From the human T2T-CHM13v2.0 reference genome, Homo sapiens: DNA of 64,000 bases. The translations under genes and the position numbers were made by a program. Below the pieces are notes generated by a model, which was not told the origin of the DNA, made no database searches, and was given only the letters and a program-made list of their open reading frames with translations. Shown here in pieces: positions 31,486 through 44,169 of this stretch (positions are counted from its first letter, which is position 1; every line of letters starts with the position of its first letter). Where the stretch lies: assembly GCF_009914755.1 (NCBI RefSeq), contig NC_060925.1. One strand, written 5' to 3'.

Positions 31486-32688
31486 TCTTAAAAAATCTCA
31501 AAAAAGACATTAACGATAGCAGAAAGGGACTCTTGAATCACCAACAGAAGGAAAACTTACATTTTCAAAGGAGGCTACAAGTAAAACTGATATAGTCATC
31601 TTTTTCCAAAACATAGTAGAGAATAAATTGCAAATAATTAAATTGGGTTTCTAGGCTGAATGATAACTTTTGAGAGCTGACATCTGATCACTGAGCTCAC
31701 CTATTCAAATAAACGTAGTATTAGTTGGTCTGTTTTTCTTTCATTATATTTAAAGCTAGGAAAATCTAGATGGAATAACCAGTCTCTCTCACTGACAACT
31801 TTGTATTTTTCTGCTGCAAAGGAGCTCAATTTTCTTTACTCATTTTTTCTGTGTTTAAACAAACTCTAAATAAGCTTTATATTTTGAAACATTTATGTAC
31901 ACACAGCCTTATACACCTAACCCAAAAGAAGATAAAGTTAAATTTTAGTAACCTGAAGTTCTTCACTGAAGCCAACATGGAATGCCTCCTTCTTCTCCCA
32001 CAGCAATGTCACGAGGAGAATGACAGCCTCCACACAATCTGTCCCGAAAGTCTTCTCATCTCTCCACTTCATGAGCCTTACTCCTGTAAGTACCATGTTC
32101 TTACAGCTTCACAAGGGAGCTGGCTCATCTGCTGAAGGAAATCCACACAAGCATGACATTAGCATGTCACTTTTAACACGATAATCCTCACTAGGGCTTC
32201 TCTGGGACAATTACCAAAATGTTCTCCGAGAATAAAGTAGGAAGATCATGAGAGCGGATTGGAGAGTGTGATGACTGAAGCAGTAAAATCATGCTAGAGA
32301 AAGAGGACCAAAGAGAAAAGTGCACATCAACAGCAAACACTCTCATTCACTTAGACCAATCATCATGGAGGCTGAAGGACTTTCTGGGTTTGGTCTCAAG
32401 AAAGACTGGAGAAATTAAGGCTGGTAGGCACCTGTTTTAGCTAACTAGATACAAACTTGTAAAAATGTTAAATTAAAAAAAAAAAAAAAAAAAAAGAGTC
32501 TTCCTCCACCACAACCCCAGGCCACATTCACAGAAATAACTACTGTTCACTATAACAGTAGCTACATTTATAGAATATTGGTATTCTATGCCTATACAAA
32601 GAGGACATGTGTTTGTGTGTGTAAAACATACAAGATACGTAAATAAATATATATAATTCATGTATATGGGTTCCTATATATTCATCTG

Positions 32689-32736
<48 letters not shown>
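32689..32736. repeat. (CTAT)12, a GATA-type tetranucleotide STR
   Basis: 12 perfect units counted. Confidence 0.97.
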
Positions 32737-33790
32737 AGATGTGAAGTATACCCATACTACCCATTGCTGGTATTATTCTAAAATGACTATCTCAGAATTT
32801 GTACACATTCTTCTGTGAATTATCTGTATTGCACTGGAAGGATTGATGGAGAGGAAAAAGGTATCTAAGATAAGGAGCAAATACAGAATTGGGTTTTTCT
32901 ACCTTGGGAAGGGGCTGAAGAAATTAATATTGAGAAAATTTCAGAGGATATGATTTCTTAAGAGATAGAAAGTAAAAGCATATATCAGGGGAGAGGAGCA
33001 AAACTAATATCTGTGGCTTAGAAATGAAATTGTGGCCTTTGCTGATCTCTCTACTGCTGAGGATGCAGGCACATCACCAAAGACAAGAGATGCAGACTTC
33101 CAGGAGTGAAATAACAGAAAACAACCAGTGACTCACCGTGACACTGGAAATGGCTGTGAAGAACGCAGAATGCTGAGAGCCAACTGTCCAATGGATGAAC
33201 ATGAGAAAGAACTAAGACAACCCCTCGATTTCCTAAATATGCCAAAGGAAAGCCTCCCTTGGGGAATGGCTGATGCTTGGAATATAGATGGCATGTATAA
33301 TTACTTAGTTTACAAACTGGGGTCAGTTTGACATTATATGATAAGCTGTAAGGAGAAGAAATCTTCTTACCTCTCTACGTTCCTAATTTGGCTGTAAATG
33401 TGGTGTGCTGCAGGCAAGTCACATTGGCACATGAGAGCAGACTGTTAAATTCTCAGAAATTTTGTAAACCAGTTGTTAAACACAGGCATCATTAAGAATT
33501 AAAGTATATAAACTTTCAAATAAATAAATTTTATCAAAAACAAAAATATATTTTTTCAAAACTCAACACTTCCTAATTATTATCATTTTACTATCATCTA
33601 TGCTCTTGAAGTTATATTTTTATCTATTCTATGGGCATAATGGAAACAATATGTCCAGCTCACTTTCCAACTTTTCCCTTAGTTGCATCACACTGGTAGC
33701 TTGAGATCAGCTAAGGTAGAGGTATTCATATCACAAAAATTGGCAAACACTACAAATCAGGATTTCATTTGTCTTGTTGACTGTCTACAC

Positions 33791-34367
33791 CACTAGTTCT
33801 CAACCAAGGTGACGTTTGCCCCTCCAATGCCTAACATTTGGCAATGTCTCGATAAATTTTTGGTTCTTCCAACGGGGGATTACTACTAGTATCTAGTGGG
33901 TAGAGACCATGGATGCTGCTAAATACCCTATAATTCACAGGACAACTGTATTAATCTGTCCTCACATTGCTAATAAAGACATACCAGAGACTGGGTTACT
34001 TACAAAGGAAAGAGGCTTAATTGATTCACCGTTTCACATGGCTGGGAGAACTCACAATCATGGAAGAAGGTGAGTGAGGAGCAAAGTCACACCTTACATG
34101 GCTGCAGGCAAGGCAGCGTGTGCAGGGGAACTCCCATTTATAAAACCATCAGATCTCAAGAGACTTATTCCCTACCATGAGCACAGTATGGGGGAAACTG
34201 CCCTTATGATTCAATTATCTCCATCTGGCCCTGCCCTTGACACATGGGAATTATTACAATTCAAGTTGTGATTTGGGTGGGAACACAGACAAACCATATC
34301 AACAACCTCCCATAACAAAGAATTATTCAGCCCCAAATGGCAGTAGTGCTAAGGTTGAGAAACCCTG
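33791..34367 (+). mobile_element. MER20 hAT-Charlie element, interrupted by THE1
   Basis: CACTAGTTCTCAACC...GGTTGAGAAACCCTG termini; 8-bp TSD GTCTACAC/GTCTAGAC. Confidence 0.9.
33947..34301 (-). mobile_element. THE1B/THE1C MaLR solo LTR
   Basis: Reverse complement reads TGATATGGTTTG...ATTAATACA, 355 bp; perfect 5-bp TSD ACAAC. Confidence 0.92.
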
Positions 34368-34577
34368 GTCTAGACCTAATAAAGTGATATGGAAAATATT
34401 AATAGTGCAGATTAAAGTATCATATCTGTACTGGTTACATTGGCCTATGTCTGCCCTCCTTTCCTATCATCACAGACAACTTTAGCTAGCCTTCTGTCTT
34501 CAGAATTTTCCAGGCAAAGGCAGGTATAACTTCCTCAATTCTCAAATATCCCCAAGCCTAACAGAACCCACCTCAGG

Positions 34578-34685
34578 TGGAGTGATCTCTCACCATGCTT
34601 CACTCCTGTACCGCAATAGTATCTGACCCATGGAGTGATCTCTCACCATGCTTCACTCCTGTACCGCAATAGTATCTGACCCATG
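34578..34685. repeat. Perfect tandem duplication, 2 x 53 bp
   Basis: 34578-34630 is identical to 34631-34683. Confidence 0.97.
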
Positions 34686-36154
34686 ACTCCATCTGTTGCT
34701 CTTGGGGCCCTTTCTGACTTACTTGGTGGAGGGAGCAACATTAACATTCTCTTCTTCTATGAATTACCTCCAAATACAGCCTCCTCTAATTAAATCTCTA
34801 TCTTCTACCTTCTATTCTATATTCTGGAATTAGCTAGTAGGATATGGGTCTCAGAACTAGCTTTGCTATCACATGGTAAATCTTGAAAGTTTATGTTAGG
34901 AGTGTGCATACTTAGAACTCACTGCTCTCAGCTTTGAGGCTTCAACTGAAACTTTAAATAACAGAAAAATTCCAAGGCAACAACCTATTATATATACTTG
35001 AAGAGTCCCATTGCAGGAGCTGGACAAAAGCAGGCTCTGTTTATAGAAAACCATTGATCAAAACTGAAACAAGTCTGATGTTCACGGTGAAACTATATAG
35101 TGGACCACAAACAGGGCCTCTAAGGTTGTGCAACTCCACCTGGGAGTGGCTGATGGGGTTCAAACTCTTCAAAGTTCCAAAGGGATTCTCTGGCCTTTAG
35201 TATTTGGACAGAAAGACATTGTGTAGATAGAACGCCCATGGACAGAAACCAACTAGGCATTGTGGGTTGAGTTCACTTTGGAAAATTTAGGCACACAGAT
35301 TCAGTGATTCTAATAGGCCAATCAATCATCCACAAGAGTAAGAACTTCACACTGGCAGAGGCAAAGTCTGGATGACCTGTTCCATGAGGTCACCTCCCCT
35401 TGCCTTCTCCCATGCATTGTCATGGAGCTCCAATAACAGCTTCATGCTCCATCCACCTCAGTCCACACAGAGGTCTCTAACAGTCAAATGTTAGTTTTCT
35501 TTGAAGAACCTTAAAAAATGGCTATTTGCACAAGCTTCTTAAAGTCTGACAAAATCAAATAATTGAAATAGTAGAGAATAAAGTGAGTGGATTCAAAAAA
35601 TCCACATGCCCCAAAAAAGAAATTCCATGAGTGAATAATCTGAGAAAATGAAAACCAGAACTAAACAAGTAAACATGTTCTTCTTCCTTGTATCCAAAAT
35701 TTAAGTAGATTGTCACTTTCTTCCAGAAGGCACTTCACATAGTAGCCTTTGGTAACTGCTGACTTTACAGAGAGATTTATTGGAGGTAGGAAAGCTGTAA
35801 TCACTGCCTTGCCAAAGCAGTAAACATAAGGGATTTACTTTCCATAACAATTTACTTGTATATTTTTAAAAATACTTCAAGAAGAATGTGCATTCGAAGA
35901 ATATTTCATGGAAATGAGTATAAGATGCTAATTATAAGTTTGGGAACTTAAAAGATACCACATATTTAACACAAAATTACTGTCAAAAATTGTCCTACAT
36001 GGTGGAACTGTATAACCATAAGTTATTGTAAGTTAAAAACTACCTTATTCCTTGTTACGATAACCAACAGGGACTCAAAAGACGTATAAATTTCTTCTTA
36101 TATGGTGATTACCTGTCACTCCTTTGCCTTCCTCTGAAGGTGTAAAAAAACCAA

Positions 36155-36352
36155 GGCCGGGCACGGTGGCTCACACCTGTAATCCCAGCACTTTGGGAGG
36201 CCGAGGTGGGCAGATCACAAGGTCAGGAGATAGAGACCATCCTGGCTAACACAGTGAAACTCTGTCTCTACTAAAATTACAAAAAATTAGCCGGGCATGG
36301 TGGCGGGCACCTGTAGTCCCAGCTACTCGGGAGGCTGAGGCAGGAGAATGGC
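36155..36352 (+). mobile_element. AluY, truncated at its 3' end
   Basis: AluY diagnostics GAGACCATCCTGGCTAACAC and GGAGAATGGC; stops abruptly with no A-tail. Confidence 0.92.
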
Positions 36353-36372
36353 AAATAAGTTTTTATCAGAGT

Positions 36373-36722
36373 TATTCCAAAATGGAATGAGTATGGAATA
36401 TTATTCAGCAATAAAAAGGAATGAAGGACTAATGCATGCTACAACACAGATAAACTATGAAGTGAAAGAAACCAGGTACAAAAGGCCATATGCTCTATGA
36501 TTCTATTTACATAAAAGATCTGGAATGGATACATCCATAGAGACAGAATGCAGATTGGTTTTTGCCAGGAGCTGGGCAGAGGGGAAAAGGGGAGAACCCA
36601 CTTGAAGGGTAAAGGTTTTAGGAATGATGGAAATGTTTTGGAACTGGATAGCAGTGGTGGTGGCACAGTGCTGTGAATGGACTAAACACCACTGAATTGT
36701 TCACTTTCAAATGGTTAATTTA
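36373..36722 (+). mobile_element. L1MB 3' fragment
   Basis: GGAATATTATTCAGCAATAAAAAGGAATGAAG...AATGTTTTGGAACTGGATAG...TTCACTTTCAAATGGTTAATTT. Confidence 0.8.
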
Positions 36723-37554
36723 GAAATAAGAGAGGAGAAATAACAACAAAAAAGTTGAATGAGTAGTCACAGGATTCCCAAGTTCCCTAGCAATTAAGTT
36801 GTTTTCTTCAGCATAGGCCAGAAGTTCACTCAATATAGACACAGTGACAGATATAAAGTCAAGGTTTAGACTAGAGAAACTCAAGATTCCTTCTAGTTAG
36901 AAACTATGATAGTCTGTGATGATTTGTCATGATCTCCAGAGCTCTTCAAATAAAAACAAAATTATCTCCTATGACCCACAAGTTCTGCATGGCCTCACTG
37001 AACAAACCCTGTGTCCCCATCGCACACATCCCCTACTTATCTCATCCCATGTTGCCTCTTGTTCTAACTGTCCTGCTTTCTTTCAGTCCCTCATACATAC
37101 CGTGATCTCTCCCTTTCTCCAGACCCTTGCACATGCATTTATATTCCCTACAATGCCCTCCCCTTTCTACCTGGTTAATTCTCACTCGTCCTCCAAGCAT
37201 CATTCCTTCTGAGAAGATGGCTGTCACTCATTGCACCAAGATAACAAGGATCAAATATAGAGGAACCAAGAAAGGAAAAGAGAATGAAGGAAGAAGTGAC
37301 TGTGGAGGCAGGATGGGCAAGACTTAATGACCTTAGGGATTAAGAATCACTGATTGGATCACAGAGGCTTTGCCAAACGCAAACTTATTTACATTTATTT
37401 GACTATTTATCATAATTTACATCATTTACCTAGTACATCTTATTCATACTTATATACTATACATATATTATATACTAGATATTAAAGTTTGTCTTCAACA
37501 CTCTAATGTCCTTTCTTCATCTAACTGCATGCTGCTTAGAAACAAATTATATTG

Positions 37555-37845
37555 GGCTGGGCACAGTGGCTCATGCCTGTAATCCCAGCACTTTGGGAGG
37601 ACAAGGTGGGTAGATCACCTGAGTTCGGGAGTTTGAGACCAGCCTGACCAACATGGAGAAACCCTGTCTCTAATAAAAATACAAAATTAGCCAGGCACAG
37701 TAGTGCATGCCGGTAATCCCAGCTACTCAGGAGGCTGAGGCAGGGGAATCGCTTGAACCTGGGAGGCGGAGGTTTCAGTGAGCCGAGATCGTGCCATTGC
37801 ACTCCAGCCTGGGCAACAAGAGTGAAACTCTGCCCACCCCAAAAA
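37555..37845 (+). mobile_element. AluSp-like SINE
   Basis: ACCAACATGGAGAAACCC and GGCAACAAGAGTGAAACTC; degenerate TSD AGAAA(C/G)AAAT(T/C)ATATT brackets the Alu plus the GAAA array. Confidence 0.93.
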
Positions 37846-38046
<201 letters not shown>

Positions 38047-38899
38047 TCATATTCATCCTTCTATGCTACAGTTCACCTAGCCCAAAGCCTTGTCGGTGGT
38101 CAGCATTATTTCTAAATAAATATATATTCAATGAATGAATGAATAAATTGTTGCTGTGGTTTGCTGTTTAAGTTTCCAGGTCTGTTAGCAAACCCCAGAC
38201 TTGTAAAATACTTGAAGGGCTGTGTACACTCCTTCTTTGTATCTTTCTTTGTGCACTGCTAAATCTTAAGCATATGATAGGGTTCAGGACATTTCTGAGG
38301 AAGAAAGGAATGACGAGTGAATGATTTCAGGCTATTTCTCAAGGAGAATGAGGAGTTTATTCAAGCCACCACCAGTTTCTATGAGTATAATGAATGCATT
38401 CAAATGTAAGTCTACACAAAACCTATTTAGGTAAGGCAGGCAGCCACCCAACCTGGAAGGACATTAGATAGAGAGGATTATTGCTTTATCATCGGTGTCA
38501 CACTCACAGCTGTGAACTCGTGTGCAGCATAGTTCTATAACCTCAGGGGGACTGTCAGCTGTGGATGCTGAAAACACAGTTCTGCCACCAACAGCCCCTT
38601 TCTATTACAATGAATGACCCTCCTGTAGTTGGTGGTTGCAGTTTCAGCCATGGTGGTAGTCAGGGTTTGTAACACATCTCTACCTTTCACTCACACCATC
38701 TCCCCAACACATTCCCAAGTGAGAGTCAGCAGCTAGCTCTTCAACAAGGTAGTTTCCCTATAAATCTCAGCAGGAAGCAGCCTGGTGAAATGGGAAGAAC
38801 ACAAGATTGAGGGCCAACTCTTGCATTCTGCTCCCAAATATTTAACAACTCCATGTTGTTATATGTAACAACTCCATGGAGACTTTAGGAAAGAGGAAG

Positions 38900-39080
38900 G
38901 CAACTAGTGGTTTGCTGAGCACCTATTCTGTGCCAGACACTTTGTATGTCATTTATTTAATCAGCATCATAGCTTTACCTTATAGTTAACATTGCCTCTT
39001 TTTCACAGCTGGGGCAACAGAGGCTGAACAACTTGCCCAAGGCCAAATGTAGGATGTATAGAGAATTTGTACCCAGTTTT
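38900..39080 (-). mobile_element. MIR fragment
   Basis: TGCTGAGCACCTATTCTGTGCCAGACACT...CAGAGGCTGAACAACTTGCCCAAGG. Confidence 0.8.
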
Positions 39081-42000
39081 TCGGGTAAACTATTTCCCTT
39101 TTCTCTGAGCCTCAATTTTACCTATAAAAGAAAGAGATTAGGTGTACATGATTTAACACCTGCATAATTTTTCTAGAAACTTTTAACCTATTCCCTGATT
39201 TGTAACCATTACCACAGGAAGTAACACTGTAGCAAGAAGTAAAACAGAAACTGTCAAAAATAGACAAAATGAAGAGATATACTAAATTGAGTTCATCTCT
39301 TTGAATATTGGATTATGGAGAAGGCAGGTAATCTTCATACATCAACCTTGTGTATTGAATTAAAGATATTTTTAATAAATTCAAATATAACATTTTAGTG
39401 ATTCAACAAATAATTTTTTTTCAGATTTTAAACATTATGCTATCCTATTGTTTAGTTTGTCCAAAAGATATATGATTTATTGAAGCTATTAATGCACAAT
39501 AATCTCACTTTTGTGCCTAGATTGGGACCCTTTAAGAAAAAAGTTTGAGGACTGGTGAATGGACACTTTTCAATGCATGTCTATTAACTCCAAGGGGGAA
39601 AAAAACTACATTATACTTATTCACTCCTATGTAAGTCAGTCTAAATAGAAGGAGATTAATGTCTTTCTCAGATGAAGGAGCTAGACAGTCCGGTACGCTT
39701 GTTTCACTGGCACATTATAAAAATCTCTGAAGCCAAGGACCAGGCTGCTTTGCCTCTTTAGGTAAGAGAGGTGTCCTCTTCCTGAGCTCTTCCCCCATAC
39801 AGAGGAAGGATGGGGATCTTCTACTTTATAAGTACCTCTTTTGGGGATTGCAAGCCAATGTCAGCTTTCAGAGACGCCAATCTGGCACTCACAGAAGAAT
39901 TAAGATCACTTAAGGAATACGTACAATAAAAAGAAGACGAAAAAAAAAAGATTCTGGAAGGCCATCAAAGACTTAAAAGAGGGCATTCCGTGGCCAGGCA
40001 GAAAATGATAAAGGATCCGGGATTTATGTGCTTAGGAGAATTGAACCACACTGTTATTACAAAGCCATAACAAAACCCTGGCTCAAGCGCCATTCTGCCT
40101 GTAAGTGCAATTTCTTAAATGGAGACTAGATTCACAGGGAAGACTATGATTTGTTTGGGATTTTGTCCCCAAAGTGTAAGAATAGCTTAGGCATTAGGTA
40201 TTCCTAATTTGTTATAACTTGTGAGCAACTGGCTAAGCTGGCAGCTGTAAAGAGGCCAAGACTGCAGTGGAGTCTAATAAAAACCCTAATAAAAGTTTTA
40301 AACTAGTTCACACATCTGCAGTCTAACGGGGGGTATTACCTAATATGTGCCATCACTGCAGCGGCCCCACCCCACACCGCTGGCTACTTGCTGGAGAATG
40401 AGGGTGGGGAGGGGTATTGGTGCAACATTTCCCCCAGGCAGAATTTGCTGCTTCTTAGAGAACCACAACCATCTCCACAACCATCTTCAGATGGACCTTG
40501 AGGGGATTTATTTAAAGAAATATAGCTAATTCTCTCGGGTTCCCATAATTTGCACTTGCAAAAATTCTTTGAAAAGGGTTGAAGCACGCCTCTTCAATGT
40601 ATAGATATCTTCACCAGGAGACAAGAAATTGATGTCTGGCATTTTAATGCCCCCTTGCAAAAATAATCAACTCTACCCCCAGGGCCTCAGCAGCAGCAGT
40701 TCAAAGAGTGCTCCCCTCCAAGTGCTGGGACTGTATGATTTCACTAGAGTGGAGGAAGAAGCGGGAAGCCGGTGGTAGGAGGTGGAAAGCCCAAGATTTC
40801 TTTCCATGCTTTGAAAATTAATCAAGAACCTTGAGAAAATACAAAAGGTAGAATTTTAATAAAAAATCTAAAGCTTAGTAAATTGTTGATATTAAATGCA
40901 AAAAACATTCTTTTCCCATTCCAGAAAAAGTATTATATTTTTCTAAGAGAAAGTGTTTGCACCATGAGCTGACATTATAATATGTTTAATTAGGTGATTC
41001 TAAAGGTTATTCTAGCACATGCATAAACCAGTCCAGCATAAGGCCGCATCATTGGCTCAGTCTCAAGAGAGGGTGCGCATGACACTTAGCTGCTAACAGT
41101 AGCAGCCTTCAAGGCCTGTGCCCACCAAGAGCACATAGATCAAGTTGGCTCTTAGAGTCTAGTCACACATTTATATTGAAAGGTAGACAAGCCACCTTCT
41201 GGGACTTTTCCAGAGCTTCAAATAGTCTCCCTTCTCTCAGCTCATCAAGCTTAAAATGGTTTTCTTTGTTAGCTTTCAGCCACCCTTGCCTTCCAGACTA
41301 AGGAGATTTGAAACTCCTCTCCCCAGGTTATGGAAGATACAAAGGACTTTTCAGTTCACCATATTTTCCTGAAAGAAAATCTCTCTGTCTCATAAAAGCA
41401 GCCCCAAACCACACAAAAGCCTGGGGCCGGGAGAATGAGAGAGCCCAAGCCAATTCTCCCTTCAATCACTTTAACTCAACTCGCTGCTGAGAACTGCGAG
41501 GTGTCCTGTGTCTGATGATTAGCATCAGGTGATGCCAGGGTGCCAGACAATTAGCAAAATAACCTGCCTTATTCTAAGAAGGGGACTCATGGCAATGAAA
41601 TTATTGTCTTAAAAATAAATGTGTTGATTAGGTCTTTGTATTTGTGCAAGCACTCTCAGAAAAAGAAATAGAGGCATGCTTCTAAAAAGGGCATTTTCGA
41701 AGAAAATACCATCCTCCTCCTCTTGCCCAGCCCCACCCACCCAAAAAATAAAGCATTATTACATTCAAATCCACTAGGGAACAACGACCAAAAGTATGTT
41801 AATTCCACTTATAATCTCTGTTCTATAGTTGTGCTTGTCATCATCTTTTTCTTTTCCTGTTCTCTAGAGGAAAACTAGAATTGCCTGAATTTGAGCTATT
41901 ATTTTCTGACAATTTTAAATCACAGAACATTTCTTCTTCTGCAATGTTTTTATTTGTTCTGTTTGCACATCAAGTAGCCTATTTCCTCTAAATAACACAG

Positions 42001-42584
42001 TATTTACTCTAACACAACAAGTAGCCTGGGCGAGTCCAGTTCTGTTCTCATTTGCTTTACGGGTGTCTGAGGTACTGGCTTCAGGTTGTCTGGAAGAGAC
42101 CCCATGAGGGTTCAGGAGGTCAACATCTGAACTACATCTGGGGCCTTTGGATTAGTATCTACACATTTGGGTTAAGACACCTTCAAAAAGGGATGCATGG
42201 GAGTCACTCACATTGTAGCTAGTATTATCCGCATTGAGTGAAGTAGTTGGAGTTTAAGGAGGGTCATTCACACAGGTGGTAGAAGGGCTAAGATTCAAAT
42301 TCAGATCTCATTGGTTCTAGAACCTGCACACTCAAGTCCTTCATGATACATCTCCCCTATTAGTAACATGTAACAGACCCAGAATTTCTGGCTCAATGCT
42401 CCAGAAAGCAAGGAAACTCTAGGATAAAGGGCATTCCCTTGCCTTCTCTAAGTGCAACTTGCAACTACACCCAATTTCCCCCACCCTCGGCTCTAGTGCA
42501 TTTTCTAGCTAAGAGACATACATGTGTGACTCAGAGACATGGTATCCAAAGAGGTCTGGAGCAGAGGCATTGAGCAGGTTCTTT

Positions 42585-42870
42585 TTTTTTGAGACAGAGT
42601 CTCGCTGTCGCCCAGGTTGGAGTGCAGTGGCGCGATCTCTGCTCACTGCAGGCTCCGCTCCCCGGGGTTCACGCCGTTCTCCTGCCGCAGCCTTTTGAGT
42701 AGCTGGGACTACAGGTGCCTGCTACCTCGCCCGGCTAATTTTTTGTATTTTTAGTAGAGACGGGGTTTCACCGTGTTAGCCAGGATGGTCTCGATCTCCT
42801 GACCTCGTGATCCGCCCGCCTCGGCCTCCCAAAGTGCCGGGATTACAGGCGTGAGCCACCGCGCCCAGCC
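42585..42870 (-). mobile_element. AluY (possibly Ye lineage), CpG-rich
   Basis: GTGTTAGCCAGGATGGTCTCGATCTCC; perfect 14-bp TSD TGAGCAGGTTCTTT at 42571-42584 and 42871-42884. Confidence 0.96.
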
Positions 42871-44169
42871 TGAGCAGGTTCTTTGAGGAGGTACCTACCA
42901 GTCCACAGGTGTGAGTCAGGCAAGAGGAAGTGCAAGAGGAACTAAACCAGGTAGGAAGTGGAGCCCAGTATAGGCTGCGACAACTACGTGTGGTAACGGG
43001 CCCCAGACATCATGGAGAGAAATTAATATGTATTTAAGAACACTGCCTTTCCATAATAGAAGACATTTCATTGCCAATTACCAAGAATGTCTTGAAGTGT
43101 CAGAACTGGGCTTAGATGAGGACTCTGGCCAAATAAAACTTTTCCTGGGGCTTGTTATCATTATTTTTCAGTGGCAATGGTGACTCAGGAAACAATCTTT
43201 AGAAATTTTTTTTATCACCTAGATCTGCTCAGTCGTGTCCTTCTGTTGTGATGCCGCTACTCCTGAGTTGGGCCCATGTTCTTTCCAGTTTTCTGAGGTC
43301 ACTATACTGTGCTATTCAGAGGAAACAGCAGATACATACCATTCTCCATTCCAGGCTACAGCTTCAGTCCCACCACTCCAGCCAGGAGGCCCTCAACCCT
43401 GGCTGCAAGTTAGGATTATAGAGAGGAGACTAAGACCAGCATGAATGTCATGGTAAAACAAAATAAACATGTCTAGTGTTCTCAGTAAAGAATGATTACA
43501 AAATATGACCTATTCACATATTTAGATAGGATTCATCTCTAGACATGCCCCCAGCCTGTAACAAAACTATTAAAAATTAGTCCATGACGCATTAAGTTTT
43601 CACTAGAAAGCCAGCTATGATATATGGTACAAATGAGCAAAAGTTGAAGCTCTGAGTTGATGTAAAAGACAATTGCGTGTAATTTCTTCCACCCTCTGCC
43701 CTCCATGTCTCTCAAATGATCAGTGGGAAGCTATAATACACATTTATCCACAATTACAATGCTGTTGAAATAAAGAAAATATTGTAGACAAAGAGCTTTT
43801 CCATTTTAAAAGTTGGAAGGTTATTTGCTTACTTCTTATCCATATATATTTAATTAGATGTGGATGCACCTGCTTGGCCATTTTGTACATAATTTGATTT
43901 TACAGTGCCTTCATAAAAATAAGAAAACAGTGGCCCCTCTGGATGACTTCTTGGCAAGAGGAAGATACTTTTTTACAGAAGAAAAAGGTGGTGCCTTCCC
44001 CCTTCTTCCAGGTAGGACTGAGCACAGCCTGGATCACATCCCCCACTCATTCCCTCCATCCAGCATTTATAGGCAGGGCTTGGAATGTGCAACCCTAAAC
44101 ATGTAACCCCAAAGGATCGCCCACATTCAGTTCACAATTATTCTTTTACCCAGCTTCATTCGATGGAAA

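Larger units (their letters stand above)
33400..34441 (+). mobile_element. MER63 hAT-Blackjack element, interrupted by MER20
   Basis: TGGTGTGCTG...GAGAGCAGACTGTTAAATTCTCAG...CTACAAATCAGG; resumes after 34368 with AAAGTGAT...TGCAGATTAAA. Confidence 0.8.

Noticed and set aside
34578-34685. CRISPR-like repeat
   Set aside because: Two adjacent copies with no spacer, primate DNA and no cas genes
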